This document shows, in pieces, positions 39,941 to 51,857 of a DNA stretch of 64,000 bases. The position numbers were made by a program, and so were the translations under genes. Source of the DNA: Eledone cirrhosa (lineage: Eukaryota); the NCBI GenBank assembly GCA_964016885.1, contig OZ024750.1, forward strand, positions 29,884,001 to 29,948,000, in the 5' to 3' direction. A model generated the notes under the pieces. It was not told the DNA's origin. It did no database searches and was given only the letters and a program-made list of their open reading frames with translations. Every line of letters begins with the position of its first letter. The first letter of the stretch is position 1.

Positions 39941-41394
39941 TTATACTTCTCTTAGGTCAGTGTTGTTTGTTTGGGTGTTGTTGTTGTTCCACTCATTCTT
40001 TCTGTTTAGCTTTGGTCTTCTAATTTCTATTTCTATTTCACTGGCCTCTCTGATTTGCCTATCTGCTGGGTCATTCCTATGTTTAGATATTATTCTAATT
40101 TCTATGTTGTCTATGTTACCGTCATGATGTTGTCTAGCATGTTCGTATAGTACTGACCCGTTTTTTCGTCCTTTTAGTTCCCCCCAGTGTTGGTCTATCC
40201 TTTCACCTATGCTACGAGCTGTCTCACCTATGTATGTTGTTGTCGTGTTTCTGCAAGTACCCTCTGTACATCTTATGCTATAGACTACGTTTCTAGTTTT
40301 ACAGTTTATCCGGGGGTTCACCTTACATATGATACATTTCCTATTGGTACAGTGGGTTTTCTTAAAAGGGTAGGTTTTGCTGATCAGGGATTTTATGGTG
40401 GTTCCTGGCTTTTCTACCACCTTTATTTTTAAGTGGGTCTTTCTCAGGGCCTTTCTACACTGGTTAGCTAATTTCCCTCCAGGGGTGGCGTCCACAAACA
40501 TGACACTCTGATATCTCTGGTTGTCGTACCATGATGTGGCCTTCCCTATCTTATGTCTAGCCCTATCTAAGCTATTCCATGATTTGCTCCTGTATAGTGG
40601 GCAAATTCCTTTCATGTCCAGTTCTATGAGGGTCTTATACTTTTCCATGGCTCCTTCGTATACTCTGACTCTGTCTCTTTGGTTGTAGCCAGAGAACTGC
40701 ATGCGGTTGATGAAGTGTTGGATGTGTCCTTCCATTTCTGTTGGGTCGCACATGCTGGACACATTCTTCATCACTCGTACCAAATCTGCGATCAGAATAT
40801 TAAACTTAGCACTACTGGACATTGCTGAGTTTTTGAGTATCAGGTATTTGGAGGCCATGGGTTTAGCATAGTGTGAGTGGAGAATTTGGGCTCTCTCGTC
40901 TATAGTGTTAATCCAGAGTTCTGTGTCTAATACAGGTAGTCTATTGTTAGGGTGTTTGGAAGGGAAGTCTATAGTTACAGTTATACTCTGGTGTATGGAA
41001 TTAGCTATCTGCTGGATGCTTTCCATCGTGCTACGTTCTAAATCAAACTTGTTAGTGCTCTCTAGTGGGGGTGTTCTTATAACTATATTGATATCGTCTA
41101 CATAACGAGAGTACATGATGAGGTCTATGGAGCTTTCATTAAGGAGATCTTTAAGTCTCCTTTCCCACCATACCATGAAAAGGTTGGCAACATCGCCAGC
41201 TATGCTGACGCCGATGGCTGCTCCCTCATTTTGGGTGTAGATTTTCTCATTGAACTTAAATATGTGGCCCTTTAGGGTAGTTTTGATACTAGCCCCTATT
41301 GCATGTGCGACCATTTTTCTTACCTGATCAGTGTTTTGGGGGGTCCGTATAGCTTTGGTCCACCCAATCCACCTTCCTATGGGAGTCTTTTTAG
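39941..41394 (-). pseudogene. 5'-truncated duplicate of the PLE ORF
   Basis: Protein identical to the C-terminal 457 aa of the 1211-aa ORF. Confidence 0.9.
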
Positions 41395-41425
<31 letters not shown>

Positions 41426-41467
41426 TAATATATATTATATATATATATAATATATATATTATATTAA

Positions 41468-41509
<42 letters not shown>

Positions 41510-41589
41510 CTAATATATTATATATATATATATATATTATATTAATATATATTATATATATATATATTATATATATATTATATATATAT

Positions 41590-41779
41590 ATAATTGTTTC
41601 TACTTTTGGCACAAGGCCAGCAATTACCCAGTACATTACTGGTACTTTATTTTATCGACCCCGTAAGGATGAAAGGCAAAGTTAACCTCGGCGGGATTTG
41701 AACGCAGACCGTAAAGGGACGTAACTATGCTGGAAAGCATGGCGTCCGACTCTCTACTGATACTGCCAATCCACCGCCT
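41590..41779 (-). mobile_element. tRNA-derived SINE, full length (others: 43434-43593, 47100-47225, 47990-48180, 52200-52380, 52389-52483, 56990-57092, 59310-59460, 60010-60160, 61382-61564 on -; 48265-48475, 51570-51752 on +)
   Basis: GGCGGTGGATTGGCAGTATCAG head, GTTCAAATCC B box, conserved body and tail. Confidence 0.9.
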
Positions 41780-41794
41780 ATATATATATATATA

Positions 41795-42118
41795 ATACAC
41801 ACAAAAAACAAGATGGCGTAGGACAGAACAAAGGAGAGGCACAAAAACAAAGAAAAGAATCCCCAGTCACTGAAGAGGTCACAGAATGTGTGACGAAAGA
41901 ACTTTGACAAAATATGAACAATGGTCTGGTTGTGGAACCAACCAATCGGAAATTTATAAATTCCTAAATTTATAAATTTAATTTATAATAAATTGAAGTG
42001 AAAGTAACTGGTGCGTGTGTTTCTTATTGGCAACATGACCCTCCCAAAGCATAACAATATCGGTTTCAACACACGTTTTCAGATGAAGAATCTTGCTAAA
42101 CAAATTCAGAAACGAAAT
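41795..42118 (+). mobile_element. Solo pseudo-LTR/mini-PLE: hammerhead (41866-41908) followed by ORF start
   Basis: gtca-CTGAAGA-g-GTCAC-agaatgt-GTGAC-GAAA-gaac-tt-tgac. ATG 42035 encodes MTLPKHNNIGFNTRFQMKNLAKQIQKRN. Flanked by (TA)n. Confidence 0.8.
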
Positions 42119-42119
42119 A

Positions 42120-42669
42120 TATATATATATATACTTCAAATGTGCACGGTTAAATGGTAGTAGACGTGGTCGGACTGACATGAACATTTACACACCTATG
42201 TAAAAAGTGTCAAGGAAGCAAATAGACGAGGTTTCAAATCTCTAACTTGAAAAATGTGGTCCCTGGGGCCCCAAAACTATCGCGTTCGGTGAGTTATTTC
42301 CCCCTGTTCTAATACTTTTGTGTTACAATTTCATACACATTTTAAAACTCATCAACGTTCTTTCGCTGTTAACATACAGTACCAATGATTTGAAAAATAT
42401 TATTGAAAGTTTATTATAAAGAATCAGTTTCAGGAAAAAGTGTAAACTATCATACAAACCTTCAGAATATGCATTTTTAAACTTGCATATCATCGACATT
42501 GCTATTTCGCTGTTAATAAACAACGCTTTTCACGTCGCTCCACTTCTCATTGTCCGCCGTCCAGCCCCAAGTGCATATTTCTATTTTTTTTCATAAACTT
42601 TCAATAATATTTTTCAAATTATTAACTTAATAAAAAGTGGCCCCGGGTGCAACCGGGCTCAGCTGCTAG
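42120..42669 (+). mobile_element. Non-autonomous Helitron (5' end approximate)
   Basis: 3' hairpin CCCGG-gtgcaa-CCGGG followed by CTAG|T at 42666-42670. Confidence 0.55.
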
Positions 42670-43225
42670 TATATATATATAATATATAGGGGGCGGGGGC
42701 AGGTCCGAGGGTCTCCCCACCCCTCTCTTTTCCCTGGATAATTATCTTTGCACTATATTAGAAAGTAAAGTTTATTGATAGCACACGAAAAAAAAAAAAT
42801 GATTTCCCCCTGAAATCAGTGGTGGGGGTCGTGTAGGGATTCATAAAGTAGGGAGTGAGAGAGAGGGCAGTAAATGAAATCAGAAGATTGAAAGAAAAGA
42901 ATATTGTCAAATAAAAACGTGTATGTGTGTGTACACATCTGCACGTGTGTATATGAATGTGTAAGAGATATTTATGTATTAAAAAGTTCAAATTATAAAA
43001 ATTTGTTGTAAATATTTTCTAGGGAATGCATAAATAACACCAACAATGAAATAAGTGTAAAAAACAGTGTTTTATTGTAAAATAATCACTACAGATATTT
43101 CAGCACATTATTTACATAGAATTTGAAGTTAGTAAAAATCTTCAAAATATTGATCCCGAATAACATTTTGGTCAGATATTCCTCAGCTTATATTTAAGTA
43201 TATACGGTATATTAGTTCCTTATAT

Positions 43226-43419
43226 CAGACCTGCCAACTTCTAAAAACCCGAACGAGTGTCATGAAAAAAAAAGTACCCCAAAACGGGGAGAAATGAGGT
43301 AAAATGGGGAGATTCGACATAATGAAAGCTATACCCATTTTCCTAAGAGAAGACATTTTTCACCCATCCCAAAGTGGGTGTGCGATATCCCCTTCGGAGG
43401 GGGAGAGTTGACAGGTCTG
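43226..43419. mobile_element. hAT-like MITE
   Basis: TIRs CAGACCTGCCAACT / AGTTGACAGGTCTG; TSD not clean. Confidence 0.6.
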
Positions 43420-44146
43420 CTATATGTATGTTATAATTGTTTCTATTTTAGGCACAAGGCCAGCAATTACCCAGTGCATTACTGGTACTTTATTTGATCG
43501 ACCCCGTAAGGATGAAAAGCAAAGTCAACCTCGGTGGGATTTGAACTCAGATCGTAAAGAGACGTAACTATGCTGGAAAGCATGGCGTCCGACCGTGTCG
43601 TGGTGTGTCTGACAATATTTTAAAAGGAAAACCCAGTATTTCTTATTTTGTTAGTCACAAAAACAGAAAAACCGTTTTTTTTGTTTTGTTTTTTCATGCG
43701 ACTAACGTCATCAATTTCTTTCTTTCGTAAATCATATTCATTATATAACCAGGTTTATATAGTTACCGAATAAATAACATATATCAGCACATTCAAAGGT
43801 TTACGAAGTAGATTTAGTTATTGTGAATAAATAACATCTCCCTACTCACCACCATTGGTACAGAGCTGGCTACCCGCAGGTGTGAGCTTAGCGGGCTGGA
43901 ATGGCTCTTCCAGCCTGTCTACCCCATCCTCCTTCTGGTAAACGCCTTCTCTGTTCTGTCCGGGGCCCCCATTTGCTTATAATAGTGAGAAATGGGGAGA
44001 GCGAGAGATACAGAGGCAGTTGTCCTGACATTGTGAAACAAGTTTGATCATGAATTAATTGAAAGCAAAGTTAAAATGAGATATTTCATTAGTAAAATTA
44101 AAGTTCATGTATATATATATATACACATATATATATATATATATAT

Positions 44147-44284
44147 ATTATTATTATGTAATAAACAACATAAGGCAATTATTCCATTTACCAGTGGTTT
44201 CTTAAAAGCAAAAGGTTTTGCTTTTAAGAAACCACTGGTAAATGGAATAATTGCCTTATGTTGTTTATTACATAATAATAATAA
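44147..44284. repeat. Perfect ~135-bp palindrome
   Basis: ...cttaaaagcaaaa-gg-ttttgcttttaag... Confidence 0.9.
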
Positions 44285-44344
44285 TTAAGCTCTGTTGCCT
44301 ACATAGAGCACTCTTTTTTCCTGGACTTTTCCGATGGAATTACT

Positions 44345-45905
<1,561 letters not shown>

Positions 45906-46180
45906 TTAAATGAATAAATAACTAAGGTTTAATACATTATTCATTTGATTTACACGTTTCATTCAAATACAGGAGATAGGGTGTGTATCTGTTGTAAAAT
46001 TAACTTTGTTAAATAATCAACAAACCATATAACTCATTGTTTATATATATATATATATGAGGAAGTTACATGAGAAAAATAAGGGTAGAATTTTTCTCAT
46101 GTACATACACAGAAAAAAAAAAGGATTTCATTCAAGTTCCATTTTAATCCAAATTGATTAGTGTTTAAAGATGTGACTGT

Positions 46181-46954
46181 TTAAAGAATCACACATGAAC
46201 ACAATCGCTGACAAAATGTAGGTTCTATAAAATCAGAAATGTCGTCATATAACCTAGAATCTTCAGAATCAGAAATGTCCACAACGGCATCATAAGTATT
46301 TATTCTGCTATAGGGAATACTGCTATCTGATACAGACGAGGTCCCGACACTTGGTTCACGCGAGGTACAGACATCTGGTACATACGAGGTCCCGACACTT
46401 GGTTCACGCGAGGTACAGGCATCTGGTACATACGAGGTCCCGACACTTGGTTCAGGCGAGGTACAGGCATCTGGTACATACGAGGTCCCGACACTTGGTT
46501 CACGCGAGGTACAGGCATTCGGAGTTAAAATATTTGTTGCAGATCTAGATCTAATATTTATAGTTTCGGGTTGTGTGATATTCAATATGAACTCTACTTT
46601 AGTATTTTCTGGCCATCTGTTGTTCCAGTTCCTACCTCTTACGTATATAGTTAAACCATCGTCATTTGTAGTGAACTTATGTCTTTCGAAGTATGAAGTT
46701 AAATAAACGTTAATCTTCAAGTTTGGTTTACTTATACGTTGTACTTCTTTGAACACGTACAGCCTTCTGTTGTCCATACTATAATATTTTCCATCAACCT
46801 CGCAAACTGAGATTTTAGGGATATTGTCAGGATCGATTGTATCATCGTTAATATCCTGAATAAGACTTTTTAGACAGCCTCCTCTTCGGAAGTATGGAGA
46901 GATAGAATCTTGAGTAAAGCGGATCTGACTCGGGGAGAGCTGAAGGTACACCAT
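46181..46954 (-). CDS. Intronless ParB/sulfiredoxin-fold (Tox-ParB-like) protein with 16-aa repeats and C-terminal CaaX (CVIL)
   Basis: 257-aa complex ORF in a Kozak-like context (aaacATGG). LSPSQIRFTQDSI...IPKISV...DGKYYSMDNRRLYVFK matches the ParB N-terminal pattern. Ends CQRLCSCVIL*. ATTAAA ~35 nt downstream. Confidence 0.8.
   Translation of the reverse strand: MVYLQLSPSQIRFTQDSISPYFRRGGCLKSLIQDINDDTIDPDNIPKISVCEVDGKYYSMDNRRLYVFKEVQRISKPNLKINVYLTSYFERHKFTTNDDGLTIYVRGRNWNNRWPENTKVEFILNITQPETINIRSRSATNILTPNACTSREPSVGTSYVPDACTSPEPSVGTSYVPDACTSREPSVGTSYVPDVCTSREPSVGTSSVSDSSIPYSRINTYDAVVDISDSEDSRLYDDISDFIEPTFCQRLCSCVIL
46330..46519 (-). repeat. 48-bp coding tandem repeat x4
   Basis: Encodes ACTSREPSVGTSYVPD units in frame. 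Confidence 0.95.
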
Positions 46955-46991
46955 GTTTATCGTATAACATGTAACAAATTAATACGTTATT

Positions 46992-47054
46992 AAAAGAGAA
47001 ACTAGTTTTACTTGGAAACCTGAAAGTGAAACTAGTTTTTCTGAAAGTGAAACC
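46992..47054 (-). promoter_or_regulatory. Cluster of ISRE/IRF-binding motifs
   Basis: On the gene strand: GGTTTCACTTTC (47043-47054), AGTTTCACTTTCAGGTTTCC (47014-47033), AGTTTCTCTTTT (46992-47003), 40-100 bp upstream of the ATG. Confidence 0.7.
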
Positions 47055-49439
47055 AAGTTATTTTTTTTACCGAAAGAACAGGGCGTGTCAGAAAATATAA
47101 TAATTGTTTCTACTTTTGGCACAAGGCCAGCAATTTTCCCAGAGTATTACTGGAACTTTATTTTATTGACCCCGTAAGGATGAAAGGCAAAGTTAACCTC
47201 GGCGGGATTTGAACGAGGTTAACTTTGATAATGATTCATAGAACACGTCTCTAAACCTCCCACCCCGGTTATTAATTTTCCAGATTTGTTCCAACCTCCC
47301 AACCCTAGCTTATTAAATTTTGCTAATCTATCTCCGGTGAAATTTTATTTTAAGTGGTAGCATTCCTGCGACAAATAATATTTTTTAGACATTAAAAGAC
47401 ATTATACATTACAAGAAACCCCACCCAATACGTTATAAAATAAATAGGATGGGTTGGGGGCCCCACAACTAAACGACTAATTCTGTTTTTAAAAAAATCA
47501 ACGGAGACAACCTAAAAAAATTACCGATTTTCCAACCCCGCCCCCGCTTATACCAACCCCCTCCCTGCTTACCCCCCACTCCCCAATATTTGGTACTCGA
47601 GAATATAAACTCATCTTACCTTCAGTATGCTCGCAATCCACATTTTACCTCGGAAAGTGAGATATGTGTGTGTTGATTTCCACCAGTTATAATGCCGAGA
47701 GGCTGCTATTTATTATTTGTTTTTCATCAATATAAATACACATATGGGAATTAATAGAACCTGTAGAACAAATTTTCCATTTCAAATATCCTGCCGCGAG
47801 CCATGGAAAAGTGGGATGCGGCCACGTTTTTGAGACCCTTGGCATACGACCACGTTTGTGGGAAAGTGTGGTGGTGGTGGGTTGATTATTCCAGAACCCG
47901 AGAGTAGTTCAATACATCTTGGAAGACGGTGCACCAACACTGATGATTTGGAAAGCATTGAGCTAAGGGGAAATAACTCTAGTTTGCAAATAATTGTTTC
48001 TACTTTTTGGCACAAGGCCAGCAATTACTCAGTGCATTACTGGTACTTTATTTTATCGACCCCGTAAGGATGAAAGGCAAAGTCAACCTCGGCGGGATTT
48101 GAACTCAGATCGTTAAGGGACGTAACTATGTTGGAAAGCATGGCATCCGACCCTCTACCGATACTGCCAATCCACCGCCTTTAGTTTGCAAATAATGTTC
48201 GTGTAGCAACAAGAAGCGAGTTTTCACATTTCTTTAAGTAATAAATGAATAAATAAAAACATTGAATTGGCAGTATCGGTAGAGGATCTGACGCCATGCT
48301 TGCAGCAAAGAGTTACGGCCCTTTATGGTGTTAGTTCAAATCCCGTCGAAGTTAACTTTGCCTTCCATCCTTATGGGTCGATAAAATAAAGTAACAGTAA
48401 CGTACTGGGGTCAATTTAATCGACTTTCCCCTCCCAAAATTGCTGGCCTTGTGCCTATATAAGAAACCATTATTAAAAACAAAAACATTTTTAAATTAAA
48501 GAATATATTTATGAAAAAATTATACATTTAAAATTAATTTTCATTTTTATGTTAATTTCGTTAAAACATTTATTCACCAAATAAAGATGCTAGATTTATA
48601 AATTTGTTTTTGTTATTATTGGACAAATGCCGATTAGATGATATTACGTTTGAAATAAAAGAAAGAAAAAAGAAGAAATGGCCTGAACCAGGAGGAGGCG
48701 GAATGACCCTTTAGTTCCGATTATGGAGGTGGTATGTGGATTTGATTTACTTACTTTCGGGTCCCAAATAATCTGAAAAATAAAAAAGTGAGTGGGGCGA
48801 CGATTATTCGAGAGTACATACATGAATAAAGAAAAGTTGTTAGGGTTTGTAACATTTCGAAGGTGACAGCTGGTTTGTTCTGGTTGTGGGACTTTGAGAG
48901 TTTTAATACTTTTTCTTTCTTCCTTCTTTGTTATTTCCTATTTTTTTTTTTTTTTTTTTCCATTCTTCACAACTTTTAAAAACCTTTATTAAGGTTGTTT
49001 ACTCTTCACAACTTTTTTTTATCTTCCGATCTTTAAATCAAGACAACATTAAATGGTATATATAAGAGAAGGGGGGAGGGCAGACTCTTCACATTAGTCT
49101 AGGGAGTATATCTTAGCTGTACCTCGTAGACAAAATGGTAAAGGTATTGCTGCGGTGAATAGCCAGCGGCACCCATAACATTAGCCACTCCACTTCACAA
49201 ATCCCTAACCACAGGCAAGATGCGCTCCTCCCAATTCTGCTGAAGAAAACGGCTGTTCGATATTTAACTATCTTCCTCTGCTCCGTGTTATGGGTGGCAG
49301 TACCCTAATTTGTGACTGCAACTACTAAGTTGAATTCCTTCCCTCTCTCTCCACCCCTCATATTCCTGGCCCCTACCACCCCTTGCCTTTCAGTGATTGT
49401 CAACTCCTACCCCCCCCCCCCCCCCTCAAATTTATGGGC

Positions 49440-49770
49440 TCAGCAGGCCTCGATCGCGGAGACGGCAAGTGCCCTCTTCCCATTCGAAGGAGGTAGATCC
49501 CTCATCTGGGACGCCACATGTTGCGACAACTTAGTCGCTTCGGCCACAAACACCGGTACTGCGGCCCGCAACGCAAAAGAAAAGGAAGACAAACAAATAC
49601 CGTGGATTGTCCGGCCGTTTCCTCTTCGCATCGGTCGTCGTAGAGACCTCAGGCGGACTTAGACCCCGTACTGCCGGGCTCCTCCGCAAGATCGGAACGT
49701 CAGCAGCCCGTCTGAAGGGTCTCGCGAGGGGGGGTGGCTGTCGCTGGCCATTGACTGCAGTAATGTTAGG
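49440..49770 (+). mobile_element. Decayed non-LTR retrotransposon 3' fragment (restriction-like endonuclease, CRE-like)
   Basis: GRSLIWDATCCD...GTAARNAKEK, then frameshifted F..VVVETSGG. Confidence 0.55.
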
Positions 49771-50281
49771 TCATAGTGAAACAATATACGAGGAAATCAT
49801 ATACTATACTCGACAAAAACAAGCATACAATGTTTATTACTAATTGTTTAAGGGTTAGTTCGCCTCGTGGTGACAGAATGCAGAAAGCATTGCACCCGGA
49901 GGATGACGAAGGACACACGCTGGAACATCCACCCCAACTCGTGGGTAACCAACTCCGCCTCATTAGCAGTGAGTCGGGATGTAGTCCGAAGCCCCAGAAC
50001 GCCGGAAGTCTCCACTGCCACAGACCTATCAGAGAGCGACCAATGCTTCGATAGTTTGCACTCCTCGGTCTGGTTAAACCTTATTTTATGATGGTAAAAA
50101 AACGAAAGTATATTTCAAATCGGAAGTAAACAAAATAAGCTAAAAATAATATGTTGACCTTAAACAATTGTCCTTCCCTTCCTATACAGCCAGATCTGTT
50201 CTTCTTTACCCTTCCCCACCTTTTTTTATTTCTTAATTTTGTTCTACCTTTTTTGATATTTTCGTCATTGTATAACTTTTG

Positions 50282-50397
50282 GGCATACGTCAAGACGGGT
50301 GGTCAGAAAAGTGAAAGTAAATTTATTTTCATTTTCGAACGTCGTGTTTACATTTTGTGTGTGTGTTTAGATCTAAATTAGTGTCGTTTTAACTGAT

Positions 50398-50430
<33 letters not shown>

Positions 50431-50971
50431 AATTGACGGTTGAGAGAAGAGTACTCAATACCGAAGTAATCTTGTAATGAGGCTTGCACATGCTGGCGAC
50501 GAAGCTTCTTCTTTGCACGGCTCCATGTGTTCTTTATGAGCTGTGTGTGCACATCAAGGTCCGCAGGATCTACAAAGTTCCGTTCGTGCACCACAACATC
50601 ATGAACGTAAATCCCACCTTCAATTTCCAAATAGGAAGCCCAACCATCGGAGATGATGCGGCTGCCTGGCAAAATCCCTGCTGAATGATGGGGACGAGAG
50701 TGTCAGAGCTTCGATTTGGTACTTCTACAAGGCAGCAGCGTCCAGAATGGCGGACTCACCATTCTGCAAGCCTCATTACAAGATTACTTCGGTATTGAGT
50801 ACTCTTCTCTCAACCGTCAACTACACACACACACACACATATACATATATATATAATCAGTTAAAATGACACTAATTTAGATCTAAACACACACACAAAA
50901 TGTAAACACGACGTTCGAAAATGAAAATAAATTTACTTTCACTTTTCTGACCGCCCGTCTTGACGTATGCC
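50282..50971 (-). mobile_element. Internally deleted Merlin (IS1016/IS1595-like) DNA transposon
   Basis: ~205-bp TIRs starting GGCATACGTC; perfect 9-bp TSD taacttttg. Internal PGSRIISDGWASY...H..NFVDP...VHTQ.I.NTWSRAK transposase remnant. Confidence 0.88.
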
Positions 50972-51469
50972 TAACTTTTGTTCAATAAATTTAATAAAAT
51001 AAATACATTTAGCGAGTTAAACAAAACGAATTGTACATCGGCCTCCATTCTAGTGATGGTAAATGCCCGGATGAGTCAACCCGTTTCCCGTTCAAAGGAA
51101 ATAAATCTTTTTTCTTTGTTGTTCTTTTTTAATATGTAAACATTATATAATCCACTTGAAATTTGTTGAATAAAATTAATCGCATCCGTTAATAAAATAT
51201 AGAAACCAATAAAGAAAGAGGGGAGAAATGGAGATGGAATAAAGTATCCACATTTGAAAAGGGACTTCAATTTGATGACACCGTTCGGGATCAATAATAA
51301 CTTCAATTAGTGAAGAGCTACAAAAGATATCACCTTGAGGAAATCAACAAGAAATTAAAATGTCCAGGCGGCCACTATCTCGTTTAACGAAAATTAATAT
51401 TGGGTGGTTAGTTTATTTTCTATTTAACAGATACTAATATCACCCTTCTCTTGTTTATGTGTGTATATA

Positions 51470-51857
51470 TACCGTTTCTCAACCTTTTTTTACCCTTGTA
51501 GAAACCTCGAAATAGTTTTCATGTCTCGGAACACCTGCATACAAATTATTATATACCATTATTACTCAAGGTGGATTGGCAGTAATCGGTAGAACGTCGG
51601 ACAACATCCTTTGGGGTATAGAGTTACGGACCTTTACGTTCTGAGTTCAAATCCCGCCGAGGTTAGCTTTGCCTTTCATACTTACCGATGTACTGAGATC
51701 GATTTTCCACTCAACCAAAATTGCCGGCCTTGTACCTATAGTAGAAATCATTATTACTCAAAAATGCATTAGTTTATTTATCACTGTTTCTTGCGGAACC
51801 CCTAGAGACCTGTTGCGGAGCCCTAGTTTTCCGGGGAACACCAGTTGAGAAAGGCGA
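51470..51857. mobile_element. hAT-like MITE with nested SINE
   Basis: ccgtttctcaac / gttgagaaaggcg degenerate TIRs; SINE at 51570-51752. Confidence 0.5.

Larger units (their letters stand above)
35293..41394 (-). mobile_element. Penelope-like retroelement: full 4129-bp unit (35293-39421) plus 5'-truncated tandem copy (39422-41394, pseudo-LTR)
   Basis: 39422-41394 duplicates 35293-37265 at an offset of 4129 bp with no differences noticed. Both ends lie in (TA)n. Confidence 0.95.

Noticed and set aside
41590-41779. tRNA genes
   Set aside because: A/B boxes belong to SINE heads; no complete cloverleaf.
46181-46954. Bacterial contamination as source of the ParB-like ORF
   Set aside because: Embedded among host SINEs and microsatellites, AT-rich like its flanks, with eukaryotic CaaX and Kozak-like context.
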